Below are positions 43,655 through 56,770 of a stretch of DNA of 64,000 nucleotides, in pieces. This DNA comes from Eledone cirrhosa. Lineage: Eukaryota. How positions within the stretch are numbered: the first letter of the stretch is position 1; each line of letters begins with the position of its first letter. Location of the stretch: assembly GCA_964016885.1 (NCBI GenBank), contig OZ024743.1, positions 118,048,001-118,112,000 on the forward strand. The letters are read 5' to 3'. The notes beneath the pieces were generated by a model. The model was given only the letters and a program-made list of their open reading frames with translations, had not been told where the DNA came from and made no database searches. Made by a program: the position numbers and the translations under genes.

Positions 43655-44460
43655 TGGACCCAGTTAATAAATGGACGGAAAAATACCCCAAGGAAATGAA
43701 AAGCAGAAAACGAAGGAAAGAATTATCAAGCAACGAAAAAAAGGAAGAAGGGGAGGGGCAGACACTAAAACCCGGTCAGATCGGTTCCTCAGCTGCGTTA
43801 CCGCATAGAATGGCGAGGGATTTGTGACCGAAGTGACAAGACTGGAGTTGGAGAATGTGTCGCTACACGCCACCTCCCAAATTAAGGATTTGGCCACTCG
43901 AAAGGGAAGAGGGTTAATTTGTCGGGGCGCTTGCCATCGCCGCGGCCGAGGTTAGCCGGATCCAATTGTGAAGAGAAACCGGATGCGTCGAGGATACGTC
44001 ATTAAGGTGGCACAATAATGGGTATAAACCGAACTCGTTGACCACAATGACATCTGCGTAGCTTGCAGACGCGGATGCCTAGGCCACGTGCCATTCCAAT
44101 GCGGGTGCACTCCTCATCAAGAAGGGTAACGGTTAATGAGGAATGCATAGAGCCAAGCACCGCTGTTTGGTTGCGAGCCGCAGCGTATGAAGGTGTGACG
44201 GTGTTGGTCTGCGGAATGGTCGATCAGCCTGAAGGGTGACTCGCAATTGCCGTCGGCCCTGGTATGTTGGACATCGGTCCTATCAGCCAGAGCTGACTCC
44301 TGCCCACAGGCCATGTCAGGTTATGTTGTCTTGCGGAGAATCTCGTTAATGGGGGTGTGATTGGAGGAGTTTGATGAGAGATAGGTGGCAGCGAAAAGTC
44401 AAAACTGGATCGGAGTCAGAAGCTGCCGAATCTTACAGGGAGTTTCGCCTGGCGAAGCAA
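43655..44460 (-). mobile_element. CRE-clade non-LTR retrotransposon 3' fragment (restriction-like endonuclease)
   Basis: PNSGAWLYAF, HHLNDV and GKRPDKLTLFPF..KSLIWEVACSDTFS match the CRE PHSGAWL / RPDGLT..WDVT motifs. Confidence 0.8.
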
Positions 44461-45127
44461 ACATTGCAGATATTGATTTACTATGATTATTCAGACAATA
44501 TAGGGTGATTTCATTGGCGGAATTTGGTAAAGCTTCAGTAGAAATGCCTGGCGATATTTTTTCCGGCTCTTTACATTCTGAATTTATATCCCACCGAGTC
44601 CACCATTCCGAGGTCGGCGAAATAAATCCCTATTCAAGTATTATTTTAGAAATGACTTTGAACTTAAAACTAGGAAGAATGAAATATGATATTATATAGC
44701 ACTCTATTGCGTCTGCACAATCAGCAACACATTTAAGGTAACATTCATTTAATGTAATTGGTGTTTAGGCCCAACTCAGCAATGAGCAGGCAGATAGGAC
44801 ATTAAAACAGTTTTTTTTATATTAATGACTACATTATCCAATGTATTCCTTCCAACTCTTGGATATGATTTCAGAGCTGTTATTACTTTCAGATAGACGG
44901 GTCGCATATAGGATACCAAATTGGCTCAAATCAATAATGGTTTCTTTTTGATAAGATCAAATCTTTGCCTGATAAGATAGAAAGGAAATGAGATCATGAT
45001 ACTCTTACTTGACATCACTAATATAAGCGAAGTAATTTTGAACCACAACTGTGTCAATAAGCAACTGTCGCAAATAATTCCAATCAGTTACTGGTACGAA
45101 ATAATATGATATTATGTTCTATCCCCT

Positions 45128-45402
45128 TCAAATCCCGCCGAGATTAACTTTGCCTTTCATCCTTATGGGGTCGATAAAATAAATACCAGTAATGCACTGG
45201 GTAATTGCTGGCCTTGTGCCAAAAGTAGAAAAAATGATGTCATATCCCCTTATGTTCTAAGTTCAAATCCCTCCGATGTTAGCTTTACGTTTCATCCTTA
45301 TGGTGTCGCTAACATAAAGCACCAGTCACGTACTTGGGTCGATTTAATCGACTTTCCCCTCCTCCATAATTATTGTCCTTGTTCCTAAACTAGAAACAGT
45401 TA
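45128..45402 (+). mobile_element. Two tandem truncated Nin-domain-type SINEs (short-3' form then long-3' form)
   Basis: 45128-45232 and about 45245-45402 match the family. Confidence 0.88.
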
Positions 45403-45637
45403 TGTCCTATAATTACCAGCACGTAGAGAGAAATCTACTGTTACGGTGGCCATATTTTGTTTATGCTGATTCAGTAAGTAATTCCACCCCGAAATGTATG
45501 GTGTGACACACCAGGAAGCAGACCTTAGATTTATAAATATCATAGCTCTTTCCTGATGCTTAACTTGGTTTCAATGCACTTTGGAAATATCTTGTTTTAT
45601 TAATAAGTCATATTTACATATTTACACCCACCGTGTG

Positions 45638-45668
<31 letters not shown>

Positions 45669-45955
45669 ACGTATGTACGTGCATGTGTATGTATGTATGT
45701 ATGTATGTATGTATGTATGTATGTATGTATGTATGTATGTATGTATGTATGTATGTATGTATGTATGTATGTATAGCGTGTGTAATAGATATATATGCAT
45801 TTGTCATACTGTTTCTGCGAGGATCCTATGGATTTTAGAACATTTGAAATTTTCTTAACCTTTAAATTTTCTATTAAATGAGTGACGTATGTAACTACAT
45901 ATCACTCTATATATGTATATTATTTACTCACACATACGCATACTCGTATATATAC

Positions 45956-46470
45956 AGGGATATGTAAGAAGTAAATAGACATAAACATTTTGCTGTTATA
46001 ACTTTATTTGGCAATGTAGTGTCCGAACTAAATTTCGAATAAATAAGGTTTTACTATTAAATATTTCTTGATATTTGTTTTGTTGATCTAAGATCAGCAG
46101 GTCAGACTGGTATGGACTATTAATAAGATCTGAAAACGCTTCATGAAAATTATTCTGTGATTCCTATTCATGGATTTTACGGATATTTACATAGAGTACT
46201 GCCTTGCATTAACCAGACTTGTTCTCTGGAGTTATATAAGAAGATTGAATCGACAACCGAAAAGGGTTTTACTCCATTCATTCATCTTTTTTGCCGTCCG
46301 GCGTGGAGATCCATCTTCCATAAACAGGCATATTGTCTTCTTTTCTGTTTAACTGGTCCACTTGCGAGAATCGGCACATGTCCGTCATCGAAGCTACAAA
46401 GTTATTTTTCTTTCACTCATGTTATAACACATGTTATTAAATCATCAGCTATGTAAACAAAAAGAAATAT
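45956..46470 (-). mobile_element. Decayed Tc1-like transposon remnant
   Basis: TA|CAGGG start; minus-strand LFMEDGSPRRTAK resembles the Tc1 QDGAPCHTAK motif. Confidence 0.45.
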
Positions 46471-46473
46471 CTA

Positions 46474-47224
46474 CAACCCTCAACTGAAGTTTCTTTTTAT
46501 ATGCGCATGTATGCATCCATTTTTATATAGATATATGCATGTTATAAGATCTCAGGAGCATGTATACCGAAGAAATTTCTGATTTTCAAAGAGGACGGAT
46601 TGACATCAAATACACCCATGTTACTAAACCGGATCAGTCATTGTTAAAAACAAATTTCCAAACCATTACAGATATGAAATATTTAACCGAATGATCTCCA
46701 AAACCATAAGTGTCCACTGTCAGGAACTTGAGGGAATCAGGATTCCTAAGTAAAAAAATCAGGCTGTGAAAAAATGCCAAAGATTGTTGCACATCTCCTT
46801 AGCATAGTCATTCGTCTTCTTAATAGTTGTTAAAATAAATGTCCTCCTTGCTGCACGTCCACAATAACTAAGTTAATGGCCGTAGTTTGCTGCTTTTATT
46901 TGGCTAATATTGACCTTATTGATACTTCTGAAGAATTTGAGTGGCGGTTGTTCTCAACAGATTTTCGTATAGCAAGCATGCATCATCCAGAATTCGTGAA
47001 ACAACCACATCGTGATTCCGCCAAATGTCAAAGGTTGAGAGTTAAAAGCACTATTTTGAGATTCCTTTCTATTTGTCACTGCGATTTGACTGACAAATTC
47101 TCCTCTTTGAAAATCATGAATTTCTTCGGGATACATGCTCCTGGGTTCTTAAAACGTATGCATACATCTATATATAAATACATGCATACATGCGCACACA
47201 AAATGAAACTTCAGTTGAGGGTTG
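46474..47224 (-). mobile_element. Internally deleted Tc1-like transposon with TIRs of about 120 bp
   Basis: TA|CAACCCTCAACTGAAGTTTC...GATTTTCAAAGAGGA is mirrored at 47100-47224|TA; interior minus strand YCGRAARRTFILT..YAKE resembles the Tc1 RVARKKPLL..FAKE region. Confidence 0.85.
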
Positions 47225-47734
47225 TAGGTATATAATTTCGTTTATATCGCTAATGCTTTACGAAGACATGCATAATACAACGGTCATTACCCACATTTCT
47301 ATAAATCTTAGACCTATTTCCAATGCGACAACAAATCATTTCAAGTTAATTGTCATTGTATACCAGGATTCCATGATGCATGCCTATATCAGACATAGTC
47401 TCCGTATTCCGGTAAAAAGTCTTCAATCATAAGCAGCGTTACTTTAGTGGGTTCTATAAATGTTGAATCATAATACGAAGAGACTTGTTTTTCTTACTGT
47501 GGTACCGAGTACGACAGTCAGTCATATACAGACTGTATTACTAATATTTATTACAAGTTAATCGGAGGCGTCTAACTTAAAACATGATCTGTTAGAAATA
47601 TCAGTCATATTTTTCTGAAATTACTTCTTATCGTCTTAAACATGCATCGGCTGGGTATGTACATCCAGAATTTATATCTAAAGATACAAAGCAGTTTGGT
47701 CATAACTAGGGTTGAGCTGAGGATAAGAAAGAGC

Positions 47735-48412
47735 AGAAACTGTGGTACTTGAGAAAGCGGGTAGCACCATTATTGAGAGGAGGATTATTATGAACCAGCC
47801 GCGTTGGGCTGGCCATGTGGTCAGGATGGACGATGGGAGACTGCTTAAACAGTTATTTTATGGGGGGGGGGGGGGGCTGACCATAGGAAAAAGGCCACAG
47901 CATAAACCAAAAATGACGCTTAATTATGCCATAACAATCTTAAGGCTTTGAAGATTGATATAGAGAAGGTGGAGAGAGCGGCTGAAAGTCGTATATCATA
48001 GGGGGAAATCATCAAATATGCATGTGGTGGATTTGAGAAAAAGTGAGTGGAATATGCTGCTTTGAAGCGTTCACTTCGTAGGCGGGACTAAAGTTAAGTG
48101 CCTGCAAAACTCCAGCAGGAATTGAGGCTGATTTCTTCAAATAAGAGCTGGATTTGTCAACAATCTGAAATCACAAGATCCAGTAAGAAATCGAGCAAGC
48201 TGTGAGATGGTTCTACCACAACACATACCACGATACAATTGCTGTGGTTGTGGCTTAATTTGTAAGTCAGCTGGTAAACTTACCAGGCATGGTAGAATGC
48301 ATGAAGACACACCCCAGCTGGTATTGCCATGAGACAGACGGTTTAAGAGTAATATCTGTGAAGGTGCCTGCAAAACAAAAGCGGGTCTGAAAAGTCATCT
48401 GCGTGCATTGTT
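47735..48412 (+). mobile_element. RTE-clade LINE 3' fragment with C-terminal C2H2 zinc fingers
   Basis: QPRWAGHVVRMDDGRLLKQLFYG..GKRPQHKPK; downstream CCGCGLICKSAGKLTRHGRMH and CEGACKTKAGLKSHLR. Confidence 0.88.
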
Positions 48413-48871
48413 CAATGAATGGATGGTATTTTTTTCTGACAAGAAGTATCAATCAGCATATATGTATATCACAAGAGGTAAGTGTTTAATCTGAATGAGA
48501 TATTTCGGTTTCAAGCTTTCTCTAATAAATAGACAATCTACAATCTCATAGGAGTAATCTGAAGACGTGAGTTTCTGCAATGACTTGCTCTTAAATATAT
48601 CACATAATTTAACTAATACAATCACATGTACCAGATTTAACAAATACAAAAATCTCCAAATTCTATTTCGCTTGTGAGACACAATCTATTGTTTGAATAT
48701 TACATATTTAGAAGTTAATATCATAACTCGGAGGAAACATTCCAGTAAACTGAAACTGTGATGAAGGCAAGTAACAAGAAAAAATTAATAGAAAATATGC
48801 TGCAATTTTGTTTTTTATTACGAAAATATTACAGAGGAAAACAGGTCACATTTCCTTTAAATACCAGGAAT

Positions 48872-49075
48872 AATAATTGTTGCTACTTTAGACACAAGGC
48901 CCGCAATTTGAAGGGGAAGGGAAAGTCAATTAAATTGATCCCAGTACATTACTGGTGCTCATTGAAAGGAAAAGCTAACTTCGGTGGGATTTGAATTCAG
49001 AACGGAAAGGGCTGTAACTTTATGCTGCGAAGCATATTGTCCGACGTTCTATCGATACTGCTAATCCGTTTCCCT
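48872..49075 (-). mobile_element. Nin-domain-type SINE (long-3' form, internal deletion)
   Basis: Family reverse-complement match. Confidence 0.85.
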
Positions 49076-49943
49076 AATACAAGGATTAATAATTATACAA
49101 ATAATGCAATAGTGGTTGGTTAATTCTAAGTGAAAATAACCTCCACTGTTTTACCGCTTAAACAGTTAAGGAAGACTAGCGTCCATAACCTTTGTTTCTT
49201 TAGAGCGTCTGCAACCAGTAGGAAGTCAGGAAAGTATAATCAAGTCTGAGATTCGGCCTTCATTCTCGCAAAATTTTGAACTTGACTACAGTAACACAAT
49301 GACTATTTAAATAGGGTGACGTTTGAAGTCTATCATTCAAAATTAGACAGCAGTTCAATCGATATAGATCTTTTTTAAAAAGCGCAACAATGTTTAAGTG
49401 GACAAAACGTCTAGAAAGATGGGAACTGTAGTTCTTAATCAGAAGTTGTATATATGTAGTCTAATATTCTGTGTTAATTTATCCTATAATACATAATATA
49501 GTGTTAAAAATAATAAATATTCCCAGTTTATGTATAACAAGTGACACGTGTGATTACAGAGCTTTATAAAACGTGTCTCATTCATAGTCATCTTGCTTTC
49601 TAGCTGGTGTAAGACAGATTCTTTTTCATTGTAGTCTTTTTTATCTTAACCAAAATAACGGTGGGATTAGGAGGTTGGTTTGCAATCTCCAGCGAGTGAA
49701 GCGACTACGTAGCGGGCCCACAGGTTGCCACGATGAATAGCAGTAATATATAGAAGTTAACACACCTGCCTATCATTAAACTTCATTACAAATTGTTAGT
49801 GGGTATTATAAATTTTGTAAAAAAATAACTATTATATAGACATATATTAATAGGATGGCGACAAATATTCATAAGTTACAGAGTGGCAAGTAAACATAAA
49901 CATTATATACACACACATGCAAACAAAAACGTAAATAATATAC

Positions 49944-50024
<81 letters not shown>

Positions 50025-51014
50025 TGCATACATACCTACATACATACATATAGATAGATAGATACCCCAGTATATTCACTGCTACACGCACAGAAACATA
50101 TGTTTATGAGAAGCGATAATAAAGGGCATAGAATATTGAAAATATTTTCTGCTAAGTGTATATATATATATATATATATATATATGTTTGTGTTATAGTG
50201 TGTTTATGTGAGTGTGTGCGTGCGTGCGTAGTGTGTGTTTGAATGTGTTAAAATGTTACATTTACAGTTCCTTCGCTATAATCTATAGAATTTAATTCCA
50301 GGATGTTATTTTTTATTCTTGTTCACAAGATTTCATTCCCCTCCCCATTATTTATAATTTATTTATATATTTATATATTTATATATTTATATATTTATTT
50401 ATTTATGGAAATAGAAACTTAATTCTGGTAAGGAAAAAAAATGACCTTTTATTATTTTAATATATTTATACATATGTGATGAATAAAAAAAAAATATATA
50501 TATATATATATACTAAAAGTGTAATAGTGATAATTTTGATGACAAGGATGATGCTGATAATGATAATTCTAATATTAATAAGAATACTAATAAAAATGAA
50601 ACATCGTAATAATGATAAAAGAAACAAAATTTTAATACATTTTGAAAATGTACGTTATAGAAAAATTGAAACCACATCAATTTATTAGTTTTGTAAACAA
50701 GGAAAAAACACACACCACATAGACATATGTATAATACATACATACGTATATACATATGTGTATGTGTGTGTATATTTTTGTGTGTGTATGTCTGTGTGTT
50801 CTTGTGTATGAACATATGTATGTATATTGGTAAATATATAAATCAATCTATGTGAGCGTAGACAAGAGAAATGAAAGAAAGTATTCGATACTATGCGTAG
50901 AGTGAGATAATATATTGCAAGCTGAATCGTCACGAGTCGTTACAGTGTTTCGCTTTGCTGATTGCGGACGAGCATAATCGTCCAAAGTACGGGCAATGGG
51001 AAATTCGTTATAAG

Positions 51015-51196
<182 letters not shown>

Positions 51197-51226
51197 TGTG
51201 TGTGAATGTTGGTACGTGTGTATATA

Positions 51227-51299
<73 letters not shown>

Positions 51300-51304
51300 A
51301 GAGT

Positions 51305-52383
51305 TGGCTGAAAAGTACATAGACTGATCAATATATTCTTATGGAATGTGACCAAATGAGGTTTATTCTTCAGCAGAATCCACCTTGTGGCCCACATACT
51401 TCTTCCATCAGCGTTGCAGTGCTTTGATCCCATTGGTGAAGAAGCTTTCATTCTGTTCGTCAAAAAAGTCAACACCAGTTATGATGACATCATCACTACG
51501 ACAATGGTTCCTACTCGCGTGTCTTTTCATATTGGGGTAGAGATTATAGTCACATGGGGCCAAATCAGGAGAATAAAGAGGATGACCAACGAGTTGAACG
51601 CCACAGTCACACATAGCGGCTATTGAAACGAAGGATTTGTGTGCTATTGAAACGAAGGATTTGCATTGTCCTAATGAAACAAAATGCCTTTCATCAGTTT
51701 TCCTTGGTGTTTGGTCTTGATAGCCTTTCGTAACTCCTTCTGGAAGTTGGTATAGTATTCTGCATTGATGGTATGAGCCAATAAAAGCAATGCCTTTTGC
51801 ATCCTAGAAAGTCGAAGCCATGACCTTCCCTGCAGCTGAAACGGCCTTGAGCTTCTTTGGAGCAGCGAGGAGCGATGTTTCCCCTACATGGATTGTTTCT
51901 TTGTCTGTGGCTCAAAGTGACGAACCGTACACTCATCCTGTTCAAGAAACCAGCTAGATCTGCCTCAAACAATGTCAGATTTTCCCGTGATGGGATCAGC
52001 CTGATGCAGAATATTCTCAATCCTCAATATTCTCAATACTCATCTTGACAATTCTCCCTTACCCGCTTACATTCAGCTGTCCAGTTTTGTACAGTTGATA
52101 AACGTGAAGCGTCATCTCTTAATGTAGCAACCATGTCAGCATGAATGTTCTTGGGAGCTAAACCATTTTTCTGTGGGTACTTGATAACACCATGATGACA
52201 AAGTCTGTAAATTTTCAACAGAAGTTACTGCTAGTTACTTTCGAATTCGTCTGTGAAGAGTCAGATATCAGTTTAACTGGAAAATAAATGCAGTTATTAA
52301 TAAAAAGGTTTGAAATTAAGGCATGCAAAATTTTACAGCTCTATCGTCATTCCATCATATTTGACCTATGTACTTTTCGGCTC
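51305..52383 (-). mobile_element. Decayed mariner (DD34D-type) transposon
   Basis: TIR cores GCTGAAAAGTACATAG / CTATGTACTTTTCGGC; HPLYSPDLAPCDYNLYPNMK; N-terminal HTH-like PKNIHADMVATL..STVQNWTAECKR. Confidence 0.92.
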
Positions 52384-52447
52384 ACATTCATGTATATATG
52401 AAAACATATTAAACATATATAATACGTTTGTAAACTAAAGATATATA

Positions 52448-52924
52448 GGTAGCCACGCTACCGAAGAAAAAAATATTTTGGGTACGAAAAAAAATTATTT
52501 TCTCTATTTTCCTCTGTGACTATATTACAGAGTTGACAATATGTCAGACAGAGCTGTTTCAAGATTTGTTAATCTTTCATTAGTGACACTGCTTCAAAAT
52601 GTACCATCCATATGTTTATTGTTTATAAACGTATTATATATGTTTATATGTTTACCTATACACTTCTATTATGCTTAAGTAATGTGTTAGTGCTACTGCC
52701 ACTATATGCAAATGAGTATCGCCAGCGAATGACCAATACATAGACTATATATTTCATGCTAGTATGTTTTGAGTGAGCGCTATTGATGAAGATAATGAAA
52801 TCTTGAAACAGCGCTGTGTGACATTCTTAGAACATGCTGACAACACTGTGTTATTATTACAGAGGAAGCTAGAGTAAAATATATTGGTTACGGAAAAATA
52901 TTTTTATTCGGCATTGAGGCTACC
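52448..52924. mobile_element. Foldback-like non-autonomous DNA element with imperfect TIRs of about 150 bp or more
   Basis: GGTAGCCACGCTACCGAAGAAAAAAATATTTT against AAAATATTTTTATTCGGCATTGAGGCTACC; ATGTCAGACAGAGCTGTTTCAAGATTT against AAATCTTGAAACAGCGCTGTGTGACAT. Confidence 0.8.
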
Positions 52925-53015
52925 CATATATTTTTGTATATTAAAGTATTGTATATGATTATATATGATTTTATACACATCGCTGTTATGCTAAATTGAT
53001 CTCATAGTGCTACCG

Positions 53016-53087
<72 letters not shown>

Positions 53088-53111
53088 GGTGTTAAAAAAC
53101 TTAATATTAGC

Positions 53112-53597
53112 AGGTGCTTCTTTAAAATCCCCCACCTGAGTGAATATACCACGAACGCCATCCGCAGGGCCATACGGACGGAGGGACTTGACATACATTT
53201 GGCCCACACAGGACCTTCGCTGCGAAGATGCCTCTCCAACAAACCCTACGAGGCAGATGGGACGTGTTCCCTCAGCAACTGCCCGATACGGGGGGCAGAT
53301 TGCCTACGCACCTATGTCGTATATAAGATTCAATGCGATAAATGTAACAAGTTTTACATAGGTAGCACCATCCGACCCCTACATGTTCGTATCAAGGAAC
53401 ATATCAACACCAACGCATCTTCCTTCCGTAAACATATCCTTAAATGCGGAAACCCACAGGGTAGACCCTTGGTCACAGTCCTAGCGACTGAACGCAGCAT
53501 CGGATCCTTAAGGATAAAGGAAGCACTTGTCATTAAGAACCTCAGACCCCCACTTAACAACCGGGCTGAGAGAAATGAGCTGACATGGCTAACTTAA
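53112..53597 (+). CDS. Penelope-like element C-terminal GIY-YIG endonuclease (5'-truncated, open frame)
   Basis: RCFFKIPHLSE..CSLSNCPIRGADC (Cys linker)..VVYKIQCDKCNKFYIGSTIRPLHVRIKEH..FRKH..LRIKEALVI..LN. Confidence 0.85.
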   Translation, partial: RCFFKIPHLSEYTTNAIRRAIRTEGLDIHLAHTGPSLRRCLSNKPYEADGTCSLSNCPIRGADCLRTYVVYKIQCDKCNKFYIGSTIRPLHVRIKEHINTNASSFRKHILKCGNPQGRPLVTVLATERSIGSLRIKEALVIKNLRPPLNNRAERNELTWLT

Positions 53598-54199
53598 CCA
53601 TAATGACCATTCACAGCCTACGGCCTGCTATCTTCACACACACGCACGTATATGCATACCCATACGCATACACACACACACATCTATATTTATACACGCA
53701 CACATGTTTTTACAACCTACCACCTTTCACACCCTTTGATTTCCAGCTTCTACAGCCCACTATCTTTCACACACAAACGCACTCACACATATACACACAC
53801 AGTTACACACACATGTATACCCATACGCTTACACACACACATCTATATTTATACACGCACACATATTTTACAACCTACCACCTTTCACACCCTTTGATTT
53901 CCAACTTCTACAGCCCACTATCTTTCACACACACACTCACACATATACACACTTACACTTATACACACACAGTTACACACACATATATATTTACATACAC
54001 ATATCTTACGGCTTTCACACGCTAACGCACCCTCTTGATTTAACCCATTTGGTCAGTAGCTTTTGCCACAGCCTATCACTGCACGCGCATTCTTTCCCTC
54101 GTTTAAATTTTAAATATTTTTCTCCCCATAACGGTATTCCTGTCTTAACGACATCACAACTTTCTCCGCTTGGCCTGTTTCCCCCCTTTTGGAACTTTT

Positions 54200-54233
54200 G
54201 CCCCGTTGATGGGCGTGAGCCCAAAATATTGGG
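54200..54233 (+). ncRNA. Atypical minimal hammerhead-like motif (second PLE copy)
   Basis: CCC-CGUUGAU-GGGC(GUGA)GCCC-AAAA-UAUU-GGG. Confidence 0.4.
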
Positions 54234-54633
54234 ATTAAATCTCTACTACGGTAACCCTTCTACCTTTGTTTTGTTTTCATCTTTGTCTCTCTCAATTTTC
54301 ACTTTCACCTGTTTTTCCTATCTATATTTCACTTCCTACCTCGAGATTTCCCTTTGCATTGTTGTGGCTTTCTTAAATACGTATTCTTATATATATATAT
54401 ATATATATATAGGTAGTAGAAGTGAAAATTTGAATTGCGTTCACATGTGATATGCCAAGATGAGCACTCGATGTTCTTGGCAAGCAGAGTAATAATAAAT
54501 GGGAACAAAGAACCAGTATTGCATCATATACATATTTAATTACATATTACATATGTTTCACTGATGATCAGCTCGAGGAACGATCGAATAGTGTATCTAG
54601 TGTATCTGTTTAGGTTGGCAGCTTGACGCACCC

Positions 54634-54720
<87 letters not shown>

Positions 54721-54721
<1 letters not shown>

Positions 54722-55838
54722 ATAAGGAGTTGACGGACCCAGCATATATATCAATGCCAGGACCGGTTGTATCTCAGCGTACTCAATGGGCAATGTAAGA
54801 TACATTCCCAGTGTATACACATAGTTATTAACTTCAATACAACACACGTAAAACGGGTGCATATAGTAGTTCCCGAACTCGAGTTTCGGCCACACTTAAT
54901 GCAGCAGTAAGGTGCCCTGCACCATCGGTCTGCATATATTATACAACAATGCATAATCGGCGTATGCGTCCTCATTAGCGGGTATCGCCTAATCAATAAG
55001 CAATCGATAGACAGAATCCAAACCCCAGCCCATGCCGGCCATGATTGTTTATGTCAACCAACACGGTAAAGCGATTAGCAACTGGAATCCGATACAACTC
55101 TGTCCCTCGACTAGCCACCGATTTACAATCTTTACGTGCTGGCGGGAGAATAGAAAACAAATCTTTGCGTTCCCGTCAAAAGAGTTCCGCCAACGTGTCT
55201 CACACACACATTAATAAGAGGTGAAAAGATGGTTATTAGAAATAGCAGTCCCACATCGATGTATAATAGAATGGTAGCATTCAGCTCATGTCTCAAAGTC
55301 CCATGGCTAGAGGAAAGCATAGTAACAATGGTAGTGCCAAGAACCACTAACTGACTTTAAATGCCATTGTCTATTATAGAGCCATATATAGTAGCGAGCT
55401 GAAATGTGTCAGCCGCGTGCGTAAAGCCAGTCTATTTCACAACTTAAAAGAGTGAGAGAGAAAATTAATAGCAGGAAATATAGAGCGCATATCAAAACAA
55501 AAACACAATAAAAAAAGTGAAAAATTGTTTAACTTACTCTCATTAGTACACTAGTTGGGAGATAATAATAATTGTTTCTACTTTTGGCACAAGGCCAGCA
55601 ATTATCCCAGTGTATTACTGGTACTTTCTTTATCGACCCCGTAAGGATGAAAGGCAAAGTTAACCTCGGCGGGATTTGAACTCAGAATCGTAAGGGCCGT
55701 AACTCTATTCGTCAAAGCATGGCGTCCGACTATCTACCGATACTGATAATAATAAGGAGTTGACGGACCCAGCATATTTATCAATGCCAGGACCCGTTGT
55801 ATCTCAGCGTACTCAACGGGCAATGTAAGATACATTCC
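54721..55838 (-). mobile_element. Non-coding element bounded by 88-bp direct repeats (PLE pseudo-LTR / retrozyme-like) between (AT)n tracts
   Basis: AATAAGGAGTTGACGGACCCAGC...GTAAGATACATTCC at 54721-54808 and 55751-55838 (3 differences). Confidence 0.6.
55566..55746 (-). mobile_element. Nin-domain-type SINE nested in the direct-repeat element
   Basis: Family match; GATAATAATAA on both sides as a TSD. Confidence 0.92.
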
Positions 55839-55843
55839 TAGAG

Positions 55844-55883
<40 letters not shown>

Positions 55884-56666
55884 GGTGCATCAAGTTGCCA
55901 ACCTAATCAGATACACCAGGTGAGTTTTACTTCAGTTTTATTATTAGTCAAGTAACACATCTATTCTTTGGCTAGTTTAATAACCAGACGGTTATTCAAT
56001 TGTCAAGACCCCTTTTTTACACATTTTGTAACCCATCTATTCTATAACCAATTTTGTACTACATTGAGATTGAAACTATTCAGGTGTCCATCTCATTGAA
56101 TGTACCTCAAAGGTAAAAGGCAAACGTTGTCACAATACTCACCCTGAAATTCCCTTAAACACGTTTGTATATCATACGCAACGAATTACACGGTAATTGC
56201 AAGAGTTGTACGATGTTTTGCTAGAACACCCATTATCGGAATCCGGTGCAGATCCATTTTCAATTAGATCTCTCTCTATATAGATAAATATGCATGCACA
56301 CACAGTCCCAATGATTTCGATCACGATGTTACAATTTGCTCAACAAATACCTTTGGAGCACACATAGGATTAATTGTAATACATTCCTATGGAAACTGTA
56401 ATCATTATATCGACAAATTAACTCATTAAAACGTTGAACTATTCACAATTTCATCAATTGAAACAGCCAGTATCTTCCTAATTTAACACAAAAAACTCCA
56501 CCGGGTATAAAAATTAACGTCTAAGCTGGTACTGTATTTTTAGAAATTGTGTAGAGAAGCCGCTCGTTAACGATTAATGATAAATCCATAACCAGCAAAT
56601 TCCGGAGACGGAATTCTCATCGGCCAGCAGTCCTGTGAGGGGTTTACGAAAATCGACCTTACTACT

Positions 56667-56770
<104 letters not shown>

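Larger units (their letters stand above)
53085..54385 (+). mobile_element. 5'-truncated Penelope-like element flanked on both sides by (AT)n
   Basis: Open GIY-YIG domain, CA-rich UTR containing a tandem repeat of about 160 bp, HHR-like motif; homologous to 7985-9563. Confidence 0.92.

Noticed and set aside
53112-54385. Possible selenoprotein PLE (in-frame UGA plus SECIS, as in some Naiad elements)
   Set aside because: No in-frame TGA at Cys positions in the visible ORF; the stops I read in the other copy are TAA/TAG; no convincing SECIS seen
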